A stretch of 64,000 bases of DNA from Azolla caroliniana (taxonomy: Eukaryota > Plantae > Polypodiophyta), in NCBI GenBank assembly GCA_043228905.1, contig JBHGNT010000109.1, positions 1-64,000 on the forward strand, given 5' to 3'. The translations under genes were made by a program, and so were the position numbers. Shown piece by piece: positions 51,701-62,910 of the stretch; the stretch's first letter is position 1; each line of letters begins with the position of its first letter. Below the pieces are notes generated by a model. That model saw nothing but the letters and a program-made list of their open reading frames with translations. It did no database searches and had not been told where the DNA came from.

Positions 51701-54113
51701 CAGTACTCCGCGAACTGCCCCCGGTATTCTCCTCCGTTATCCGCTCGTATCGCTTTCAGCTTCTTGCCGGATTCTCTTTCCACTCTCGCGTGGAGTTCTT
51801 TGAAGACGGACAACACTTGGTCCTTTGTCTTCAACGGTGCCGTCCACAGCTTCCGGCTGTGATCATCAATGAAAGTCACGAAGTACTGGGCTCCGCCATG
51901 TGACTTCGTTTCTACCTGACACACATCAGTGTGCACCAACTCCAATGGTGCGCTACGTCTCGTCGGTGGCCTTGAGTGGAAGGAGGTTCGGTTCTGCTTA
52001 CCGGCCAGGCAATCAGTGCACTTCTCCAGGTGCACATGCTTCACTGGAATAAGATTGTCTTCTGCAAGCCTCTTCATCCCCTTCTCACTCATGTGGCACA
52101 GTCTTTTGTGCCACAGCTCACCGGCAGTGTCGGCTGCCACATTCAGCTCTTCCGGACACAACCAGGCATTCATAAGGTACAGTGTGTTGACTTTCCGGGC
52201 CCGAGCCACTATCAGGCTTCCCTTGCTGAACTTCATTACGCCGTTCCGGATGCTACCTGTGTAGCCTTCATCGTCTAGCCTCCCGGCCGAAATCAGGTTC
52301 AATCGAACCTCCGGAACGTGTCAGACATCCTTCAGCAGCATTTTGCATCCGGTCGGGGTTGTCAACCATACGTCTCCTATGCCGGCAATCCGGCACGTAC
52401 CTTCATTTCCCATCCGAACACAGCCATGGTCACCGGCTGTGTAGGATGAGAAGTATCTACTTTCCGGGGTCAGGTGGAACGACGCTCCGGAATCGACCAC
52501 CCAGGTAGTCTCATCGCCGGCAATGTTTAGTTCACCTTCTTCGGTGATGAGCATGATCTCCTCTTCACTTGCCGCGAGTGCCGTCGTTCCTTTCCGGTCC
52601 TGCCCTCGCCGATCCGGACCTCTCCGGTCCGTGGCTCCCCGGTATGCACCGTTTCTCTCCGGTGACTTCTTCGAATCGGTGTCGTCGGCTCCGTTGTCTT
52701 TTCGGTAATGCCGACAATTCTTCCGGAAGTGCCCCGGCTTCCCACAATGGAAGCATGTGGGTCTTCCTCTTGACTGCGACCGGGTCCCCGACTTCTCCCG
52801 TCTTTGCGGACTCCGGTTCCATTGTCTTCCCCGTTCCGATTCGGTAAGCAGCGCCTTCGAGTCGGAGGCCGGTTCTTTATCTCTCCGACGCGCTTCTTCG
52901 TTCAAAATACTTGTCTTTACCGTTTGTAGGGACAAGTTATCTTCGGTGCAGGAGGTGCTGAGAGTCACCACCAAGTTCTCCCAGCTGTCCGGCAATGTAC
53001 ACATCAGGATGATGGCTTGCATTGCATCCTCCAACGGGAACTTGATCGCCGCAAGCTGGTTCACGAATCCCATGAACGTGCTTACGTGTTCCACCATACT
53101 CTCGCCGTCCCGGTACTTGAGGTTCACTATCTTTCTCATCAGGGAGGTCCGGTTCAACGCATTCTTCCTCTCGTAGAGGCCCGACAGCTTCCTCCACATC
53201 TCATATGCGTTGGTGTCGTTCGCCACGTGTTGTAGAACGCTCACGTCGACGTATTGCCGAATGGTTGCAACGGCTTTCCGGTTCAGAAGCCTCCACTCCG
53301 TCTCAAGTACCCCCTTGGGTATTTCCGACCTGTCGATCGGTTCATACAGGTCCCGAACAATGAGCAGATCCTCCATCTTTATCTTCCAGTCGGCGTAGTT
53401 CTGCGCATTCAGCACCATCATCCCCTGCTGCCCGCTGCTGCCGCCTTCCATTTTCTGTGTTACCGTCGCTCTGATACCACTTTGTCGAAATTCCGTGCTC
53501 GGCCACAACCGAGGAACAGGATCGATTCACAGAAAACGGGAAATACATCAATGCACGAAAAACAATAGAGAGAAGGGTACACTGGATGTTTTACGTGGAA
53601 AACCCTAAATGGGAAAAACCACGGGAGTGCAAGACTCCAACTATCACTATACGCGGGAATGTACAATGGCGAGCTGCAAGGCGACGACCTTGAGCTCGCT
53701 GTCCTCGCCACAGGCGGCGGTATTACACAGAGGCGACGACCTCTTCCTTCCTCTTTCTCTCTCACTCTATCTCGGCTGCTCTCACTTCGCTCCCTCTTAG
53801 TGAAATGAGCAACAACAAAAACTGTTTGCCCTAAGTCATATTTATACACATATGACTTTCGGGCTATTTACAAATATAGCCTCAAGGGCCCTTGGCAAAC
53901 ATATTCACAGATATGTCCCCGCATCCGGATCTCTCTCCGGGTACATACGTCATCCGGCTCCGTAACCGGGGTCTTCAGCATCCGGCTCCGTAACCGGGTA
54001 CTCTTCATCCGGCTTCATGCCGGGTACTCTTCATCATACGGTTCCGTCACAGCCTCCGGGCTTGCCGTCATTCATCTCCGGACATCCCATCCGGAGGGAC
54101 CGAAATCCCAACA
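48737..54113 (-). mobile_element. Copia I, young full-length element (631-bp LTRs 53483-54113 and 48737-49367)
   Basis: TSD CATAT (48732-36, 54114-18); PBS TGGTATCAGAGC; PPT GAAGGGGGAG; about 4 visible differences between the LTRs. Confidence 0.97.
49378..53451 (-). CDS. Copia I gag-pol polyprotein (~1357 aa) with a single in-frame TGA at 52323-52321
   Basis: ORFs 52321-53508 and 49378-52302 are in one frame (KDV*HVPEVRLNLISAG); gag, PR, INT, RT (LLYVDDM) and RH are otherwise intact. Confidence 0.93.
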
Positions 54114-55576
54114 CATATCGCTATAAATATGAGGCCTAGCTACCCTCATTTCAGGATATCTTGACTATGTCGAGACTCTGTTTCGTGGTGGGTCAACTCT
54201 TGTAGCGAGCACGCCAACACCAGGTACGACTCGACGCCACGACGGTGGTATGGAACGTCGATCGAGGCTCGAGTCCGTCTTGATCCCTTCGCTCGGGAGT
54301 GGTCGGGTGGATCAGCATCCTTCTTTCTCTCTCTCCTTTCTATCTATCTATCTTTTATCATTATCATATGCTTACTTTAGATCATAACTCTAATAGTTGG
54401 TATCAGAGCTTATGTTTCTAATGTTTCCTTTGTTTGTTTTTGTCTTCTTGATGGATGGTGATCGATCGACATGCGGTCGACCTTGATCCAGATAGTAATC
54501 AACAAAGGAACTTCGGTAACTCTTTCTTGTTTTTGTTTTTTTGTTTTTTTTCTTGTCCCATCTAATCATGTATATGGTCAATATGTAATTTCTTTCATTG
54601 ATTCAATGATATTGTAGTGGTAATTAATTGGTTGTATAAAACGTTTACATATGTGTATGAGGTCAATACTTCATTTGACATATATTTAATATGTGATTAG
54701 TGTCATATGCGTAGGAGGTTAATACCTCAATAGCGTATTACGTTCACATACATATGTTACATATGCGTATGAGGTCAATACCTTGATTTTTTGTAAATGA
54801 TATGTGTTTGGTGTCATATGCATAAGAGGTCAATACCTCAATTGTGTATTACGATTAACCCTTATTATTGGATGTTTCATGTGCGTAGAGGCTATATGCC
54901 TCGATTACGTGTCTCGATTTCATCATATGTTGGCTATTTGATGTTGCGATTTTTCTTAATATACGCATATGCGGTCACGTGTATACGTATTTGATCATAT
55001 ATGTGTGATAAATATACATATGTGTATGTTAGTTATAACGTAATTTCTATATCGAATGTTGTCCTTTTCGGGGAAAGGATCTTGGTGTCCATCCTCGCAT
55101 TTTTGTGGGAATGGTGTAGTCATCATCCTTTTTTCAACAATCTTTTTTGTTGACATCCCCGTTGGTCACTTCAATTTCGTTACGTAATGAAATGATCATA
55201 GCCACAATGATGGTGAGAACGTAGGGCTTGACCCACTTCATGTGAGGTTGCTCCTAGGACACACATATCCAACATCCCTCCCTCATTACATGGACATGAT
55301 GCCACCATGAGATCATTCTTACAAAAGGCATTCGTAATGACGTAAACACTGACAATTAGGTTGCACTTTGGTGTATGCCATCGTAATTATGAGACTTGAG
55401 GTTAGGTAACGTACCAACATAGTTTGTGGTAAACGAGGGGGAAATAAGGACTCTTGACATATATGTTTCTTTTAAAAAAAACATATATGAGCAAATGCCT
55501 CGCATATCTCTTATACGCATAAAATATTAAACATTCAACACGAGTAACCTATTTTGTTAGCTCAAGTGTTTAATGT

Positions 55577-55681
55577 TGTTAAGAATTAGGTAAGTAATTA
55601 AGCAAGGATTAATTAGTACCTAATTATGTGATTAGTTGATAAGCGGAAGATTATGTGATATGTGTGTGTATGTGTGTGAGA

Positions 55682-55721
<40 letters not shown>

Positions 55722-58590
55722 CACTTATGAACAACACAAGATGGGGGATGAGTAACTATATTAAATTAGCTTTTTTTCATCAAATACAAAAATACCTACA
55801 CTGAGGTATATATACACCTCATGTGCAAGGGTGCACATGTGTGAGGATAATATAGGTACAAAAGTGTAACTCCTATATTAAATGTACTTAGGAGTGGAGG
55901 ATATAGAATATCCCACTTAAGTACAAGGTCCTATTTAAGGCGTTATAGTCAACACTTCTAACTAGATTCTATCTAGATAACTACGAATTTACATGGTTGA
56001 CTAACTAACTAAACTAAGTTGAGCTTGATCTCTCAACACGCCCCCTCAAGCTCAAGTGTGAGGCGTCTGACATCCGCTTTGACTTTCATTAGCTTCGTGT
56101 GCTTCCGTCCGGCCTTCAGCTTTCTTCGTCGTGCCAATCTCGGTTCCCCCCCCTCAAGCCGGTGACGAAGGCTTGTAGTGTGTGGGTAAAGGTCGACTAC
56201 TTCCACCCATTATGGGTTACAAGCCGCTTTAGTGGAGCTCTTGGGCTCTTGTTCGGCCGCTACCTTCATCGCGAAGGCATAATGATGGGCCATGTACTCG
56301 TTGTAGCCATGCCGAGTGACGGGGTTCTTAGCTCTAGATGAGCGTCAAAGTTTTTCGCTCACCGATGTAAGTGCCTTCTTTACTCCGGGTGTCCGCATGA
56401 TGGGTACACCGAACTCACTGTCTAGTGAGGGAGTCGATCCATCCGAATCATTGTCATTGGGGTAGTCGACTTCGTATTCATGCATCTTACCTTTGCCTTT
56501 GTCCAAGTTCGTACTTGGCCGCGACGTGCTTCGGTCACGTGGGGGCTCTTGTGGCCCACTAGGCATGTGTTCGAAGCGATCTCCATCTTTTACCTCTTGT
56601 TCGGTGGATTCCGGGTCGAGCGTAGTCGGAGTCGAAGTTGTCTCTGGTGTGTACCAGGATGCAGACTCGTAGAAGACTACGTCTCGACTTACCCGAACCA
56701 CTCGGGTAGAAGGGTTGTAGCACTTGTACACCTTCTTCTCGTATGAGTATCCTATGAGGATACATTCCTCTGACTTCGCGTTGGGCTTCTGTCGTTGTTC
56801 GTTCAGGATGCGTACATTCGCAATGCTTCCGAACACCTTGAGGTGCGACAGGATTGGCTTCCTTCTGACGAGGAGTTCGTATGGAGTTAGCTCATGGACT
56901 CCATTGGTGGTGCACCGGTTCATGAGATAGATGGCCGTGGATGCTGCTTCGGCCCAATAGAAGTTCGGCATGTGCTTCTCATGCATCATGGCGCATGCTA
57001 CCTCAAGTATTTGTCGATTCTTCCTTTCGGCTACTCCATTTTGTTGGGGTGTGTGTCGGCATGAGAATTCTCTCCGAATGCCTTTACTTTGGAGGTAGGA
57101 GGTGAATTCATCGGAGAAGTACTCCTTGCCTCCATCTGATCATAGGCATCGAATGTGCCAACTGGTTTCTTTTTCGACTTGCCCCTTGAGCTTTTGGAAG
57201 CGGGAGAACACTTCGCTCTTCTTCTTCATCGGGTAGATCCATGCGTAGCACGAGTAATCGTCGATGAAGGTTACGTAGTATCGGCATCCGCCGATCATCG
57301 GCGTTTGAGCCGGTCCCCATACATCCGAGTGTATGATGTCGAGGAGGCCTTTGCTTGTGGAGCTCTCCTTCGGGAATGGGAATCGATGTTGTTTGCCAAG
57401 TTGACACGCTTCACATACTCTGTCGACTCGTTTCGACTCGAATGTCGGAAGTCCGATGACGACTCCTTTGGTTTGCATCGCTCGAAGCCATTGGAGGTTT
57501 ATGTGGCCCATTCTCTTGTGCCACAACTCGATGCTTGTCTCGGTTTTGAGACCTTTGGCGTACCTTGCCGATTTCACCTCGTTCGAATCGAGGATGAACA
57601 TTCGGCCGTCTCTCCACCCCTTCGCTATGAGTCGACCATCTTTCTCGATGAAACATCCTTCTTTGTTGAAGCGGACTTGCATGCCTTGCTCCACGATTTG
57701 GCTGACAGAGACCAATTCTTCGTTATTGTGGGCACGTGCAAGACATTCTTGATGCAAGTTCGTTCGCCTTCTTTCCCGAATGGGACATTGCCGATGTGCC
57801 AAATGGGGTGTGTGGTGTCGTCTCCCATCTCTATGAAGTCGGGTCAGTCCAGTGTACACAAGTCACGAAACCACTCTTCGTGAGATGTCATGTGATGTGA
57901 GGCGCTGGAGTCGACAAACCACGCGTCTTCTGAGTTGGAGGTGCTTGTGGAGTTGGAGTCCGTCATAGAGTTTGCTCTATGCCTCATTACGAACATTCTG
58001 CCACGGTCGCCGTAGTCGAAATTTGGGGCGTAATTTCACTACGATCGTTGTAGTCGGAATTCGACGAGTGATTCGTGAACATTCCGCTACAGTTGTCGTG
58101 GTTGAAGTTCGATGCGTAGTTTGTGAGGTGTCGACTTGTTGAAGCCGACTCATTTCTCTTTTCTGACACTCCGCCTCGTAGTGGCCAATTTTGCCGCAAT
58201 AATTGCAAGTTGCGGGCCTCGTTTGCCAACCATGTTCGGCGTGGAAGCTCCCCCTTCTTCCAAAGGTTCCTCGATGGCTTCCGTGAAGGTTTGAGTTCCC
58301 TTCACGTGATGGATCGAATTGACCTTTTCTACCGATGTGACCTCCTCCTCAGCCACCATCCGAATTCGAGAAAAACATTTGTCCTTCCGACGTCTTGCTT
58401 TTGGTTCGGATGTGGTTCTCTTCGACCAATAGCATTTATTGGAGGTCGAAGAATGAAGGAGGGTTTTCTCTTGCCAAGATTGTCGTCCGTAATGGATCAA
58501 ATTGTTGTGCGAAGCCGCCCAAGCATACTTGAACCATCTTGTCTTCGTCGACGTTTATTTTGATGGAGCCAAGCGAGTCGCAAATGCTCC
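55577..58590 (-). mobile_element. Copia J, truncated: 3' LTR 55577-56038, PR/INT present, RT/RH deleted, 5' end lost
   Basis: WFVDSSASHH, LWHKRMGH..CEACQLGKQHR and integrase; two PPT-like tracts at ~56040 and ~56150. Confidence 0.85.
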
Positions 58591-58837
58591 GGATATCTTA
58601 ACTACGTCGAGACTCTGTTTCATGGTGGGTCAACTCTTGTAGCGAGCACGCCAGCACCAGGTACGACTCGACACCACAGCGGTGGTATGGGACGCCAATC
58701 GAGGCTCAAGTCCATCTCGATCCCTTCACTCGGGGGTGGTCGGGTGGATCGACACCCTTCTTTCTCTCTCTCCTTTCTATCTATCTATCTTTTATCCTTA
58801 TTGTATGCTTACTTTAGATCATAACTCTAACAAAGAG

Positions 58838-59065
58838 GTTGGGGCAAAGCATATCAACGAAACAGAGATGTTTCAGATGGCCTCCAGAGAACCAATGGAA
58901 CATATAGACGAGTAAGGAGGCAACCTTGTCAACCTTGAAGATGCACCAAGTTTTGATCATGTACAAGATTCAGCTGAGGAGACAGAACATGTTGATGCAG
59001 CACCACTGTCACCAGATCTTGGAGAGTAGCCTTCCAGACCTCCTAATGGAGTGATTGTATATTAG
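58838..59065 (+). pseudogene. Continuation of the methyltransferase last exon (acidic C-terminal tail)
   Basis: In frame across TSD AAGAG: DQE|VGAKHINETEMFQMASREPMEHIDE*GGNLVNLEDAPSFDHVQDSAEETEHVDAAPLSPDLGE*PSRPPNGVIVY*. Confidence 0.7.
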
Positions 59066-59168
59066 TTTGTATTTGTAACTATAAAATTGTAATACTAAAT
59101 TTGTTTTGGAATATAAGATTATTCAGTTTGAGTACCATTTCTTTACACTATCTGATTGGTTTGCAAAC

Positions 59169-62100
59169 TGTTGAGCGGCAAGCTCCACTGGAGCCGAATC
59201 GGCTGGATAAGCCTGAGCCAGTGAGCGAGACGGATCGGTAAGCCGGTGAGCAACCGAGCCGGCAAGCAACAGAGCCGGTGAGTTGGGGAGCCGATTAGCC
59301 GGATCCAATCGGTAACCAGAAGCCCAGTATTAGTTTAGACTACGAGGCAGTGATAGTCTCGTAGTAAGTGTCAGATGCTCGTGTGAGCATTGAAGTATGC
59401 GGTACTTCTATCAGTCCCATGAGGACTTGTATAAATAGTGCTACTGAGCACAGTTGTGATACAGAGTCCTTTTATCGTTTTTGAATATAGCCTTGAAGTT
59501 CTGCTCTCTCTGTCTCTCCCGTGTACTCTGTGTATTCTCTGCCTTCTCTATTTTCTAACGCTTCCGCAAGTAATCGTTTACATGGTATCAGAGAGCGAGG
59601 TTTGAGAACCTCTACAGCCGACAAACGTTGAGAGCAAACCCTAACAGGTCGTAAGAACAACAAATAGAGAAGTGATGGATAGAGGGATGGCTAGCTAGCT
59701 CCCTGTGGAGAAACTCGACAGATCCAACTACGCATCTTGGTTGTACAAGATGCACCAGTATCTGCTTGGGCATGGTTACTAGAGTTTCGTTGAAGGAGCC
59801 AACGAAACAGCACCTGATGCGGCACATAAGGATTTCCCAGGGTGGGAACAATCGGCAAGCAGAGTGATGTACTACTTCGCGTCCAGTGTCGGAGACCAAT
59901 TGCTGAGCCACATCCAAGACACCAAGACGCCGAAGGAGGCTTGGCGAAACCTGAAGAAGGTTTTCACCGCGAGCACTACAACCCAGAAGCTGCAACTCCA
60001 ACAGTAGTTGAGCAATGTCCGACAGAAGGACATGTCAGTGGCGGATTACACGGCCCGAATCAAAGAGATATGCGACTCGCTTGCCTCCATCAATGTTACT
60101 GTAGAGGAAGACGAGATGGTACAGGTCTGTCTTGGGGGCCTGGCGTCTAAGTTCAGAGCGTTCCGAACGGCGGTGTGTACAAGGGAGAATACGTCGTCAT
60201 TTTTCGACTTACAATCGATGCTCCTTGTAGAGGAGAACCACGCCGGTGCGTCAACTAGCGCACCCACTGACAGCCGGATGCTGTACATGGAGGCGGATCG
60301 GTCCCGTGGGCGTGGTGGATGAGGCGGGTTGGCATGCAATGGAGGCGGCCGGCAAGAGCAAGAACGAAGGCACAGAGAACGTGCCGATAGCAGTTCTAGG
60401 ACTTCCACAGGCAGGGGGAGTCAAGGCGGTGCCGGAGGTCGGCAAGACAAATCTGCAACAGAATGCTTGTACTGTGGCAAAAAGGGCCACAGAGAAAGCG
60501 AGTGTTAGAGAAAACGCACCGATTCGGACAAGTCCGAATCCGGCAAGGCCGGAAAGGATGGACGGCACGGCTCGCACTACGCGAAGGCATTGGGAGATCC
60601 AAGAACGGTAACGGGCCAGCCTTGGTGATGAAGCACGAGACGAACTCGATGAAGAAGACCACTTCCAAATCGGAGGAAGTGTGGTATGTTGATTCTGGTG
60701 CGTCGAACCACATGACGAGCCCCAAAGAGTGGTTCTCCTTTTTGGAGAAACTGGATCAACCAAGAGTAGTCGAAACCGAAGACGACACTCCTCACCCAAT
60801 TGTGCACATCGGAGAAGTCCCTTTGAGCCACGTCAGACAGAAGGGGAAGCTGATGAACGTATTATACGTTCCGACAATCACGAAGAACCTGGTGTCGGTC
60901 GAATAGATCATCGAACAGGGTATGCAGGTGCGGTTTACGCACCTCGAGTGCTTCATCGAGGAAGAGGGCCAAATTATTGCGCAAGGGCGCAAAGATGGGA
61001 GGATGTTTATCCTCGACACCAATGACGTCGGCACCGCTCTGTTCGCAAAAGGACAGAAGGTCGAATCAGACATCGACCTATGGCACAAGCGGATAGGCCA
61101 CGTCAATTACCGGAGGCTTCAAGACCTGCAAACGAAACAAGTTGTTTTCGGTTTGCCGAAGTTTAGCGGCCGGAAGGCCCAAGTATGTGAAGCCTACCAA
61201 CTCGGGAAGCAACACCGGCTTCCATTCCCCACCGAACGTAACCGGAGCCGTAACAAGCTCGACCTTATCCATTCGGTTGTGTGGGGACCGGCATAGAATG
61301 TTAGTCTTGGCGGGAGTTGATATTTCGTCTCCTTCATCGACGACTATACGCGGCACACATGGATCTACCTCATTGAGCGGAAGAGTGAAGTCTTCGATTG
61401 TTTCCGGAGTCTCCAAAGCATGGTGGAACGGGAATCGGAGAGGAAGATCAAGTGCTTGCGGTTGGATGGCGGAAAAGAGTACTTTTCTGGCCAATTCAAC
61501 AGTTATCTGCAGCAAAAGGGAATTCAGCGAGAGTTCAGCTGCAGATACACACCGCAACAAAACGGTGTTGCCAAAAGGAAGAACCGGTCGCTTATTGATG
61601 CAGCAAGGGCAATGCTGGAGGAGAAGAGCATGCCCAAATTCTACTGGGCAGAGGCAGTCCGAACAGTTGTCTACATCCAAAACCGGATCGGTGACAAGGT
61701 GTCAGCTCACGAGCTGTATTTCGGGCACAAGCCGAATTTGAGACACCTTAAGATCTTCGGTAGCATTGCATATGTGCATGTACCGGATGAGAAGCGGAGG
61801 AAGCTGGATGCAAAATCGGAAAAATGCATCCTAATCGGCTATGCTCAAGAGCAAAAGGGTTATAAGTGTAATAAACCCCGGACAAAGTAGGTCCAAGTTA
61901 GTGGAGATGTCGAGTTCGATGAATCGGCATCGTGGTACTCCTTACCGGCTCCGACTTCCGAATCCGACCCGGTGCCGGTGGATGAGGCTAGTGAGCCTGA
62001 ACCGGCCCAGGTAGAGGATGATGAAGCGTGAACTCAGGATGAGAGTCCGGAATCGTTCCGGTTGAGCGGGCTGAACGAGAGACTAAATCAATCTGACCAG

Positions 62101-62326
62101 TCCGATGAGGAACCGGCGAGTAGTGGAGACTCTGTCGTGCACTCCCCGCGCAAGTAACCGAGGTGATGGTTCACGCGCAAAGAGAAGGGGAAGAAGAAGA
62201 TGCCGGAATTCGAAACCGGCAACGATGAGTCAGATCAGTGTGCATCCGACTCTGGCAAGGAGAAAGGCGGATCTTCGGCAACAAAAACCGAACCGGCCAA
62301 GAAGGGCCTCAAACCGGGTAACGGTG
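59169..62326 (+). mobile_element. Copia K: 5' LTR 59169-59582, PBS, decayed gag-PR-INT related to Copia C; interrupted near 62326
   Basis: TG..CA LTR, TGGTATCAGAG, WYVDSGASNH, integrase colinear with 26443-29160. Confidence 0.9.
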
Positions 62327-62910
62327 AGTAATGTCGATGTCGTGAAGAATTTCGGCCAGAGGCGGAAACCAGGAAATATTGGCTACATCGGCGGGGTGCA
62401 GCATGTGCGCTCACCCTTGTACATTTAGTGTGAATAACGAGGGCGTCGAAGAGTAGTCAAGTTGGGACAGAGAATCCCATGTAAGTCGGGATTTATCCCA
62501 CATTGTAACGCATCTCCCTCCTTGTTCTATAAAAGGAAGGGAGCGCCTCTTGTGAAGGGGTTGCCCATTTTGTGTTAGAGGGTATACCGTTAGATTTAGG
62601 GTTAGTTTCTTCTTCTTCTTCTTCGCGGTGTGGGTTGACTGCTGAGGACGGTTTCTGCTCGATCTCCTGTGCAAGACCCCGCTCTGCGTGACGAGCCCGA
62701 GAGCTCCCCAGACAGCGGCTTGGCAGCAGACTGTTGTGGTAACCTACCCTACCTTGGTCCGGCTCGAAGCCGGGAATGTACACTTTCCCTTGATATATAT
62801 ACATTTGCGTCTGTCTGTGCATATTCATGTCTCTGTTGGGGGGGGGGGGGGGGTCCGGTGTTTGTGTGGGTGTTTTTGGTGTTCCCTTCCCTGCGTTTCC
62901 TGTACATAAG
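62327..62910 (+). repeat. Putative LTR-like segment of another family
   Basis: Abrupt end of Copia K homology, CTATAAAAGG TATA near 62528, pyrimidine-rich downstream. Boundaries uncertain. Confidence 0.4.

Larger units (their letters stand above)
48562..58832 (+). mobile_element. Gypsy-A-family element H, internally deleted (5' LTR 48562-48736 + 54119-54395; partial 3' LTR ~58590-58832)
   Basis: TSD AAGAG (48557-61, 58833-37); PBS TGGTATCAGAGC after 54395; leader homologous to 17814-19032; no gag-pol remains. Confidence 0.88.

Noticed and set aside
52321-52323. Programmed stop read-through in Copia I
   Set aside because: The stop lies downstream of the protease active-site motif rather than at a gag-pol boundary, and the homologous codon in Copia D is CGA, so it is a simple C-to-T mutation.
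62837-62853. Poly-G tract as a PPT or G-quadruplex element
   Set aside because: An isolated homopolymer not adjacent to a defined LTR start; its length is error-prone.
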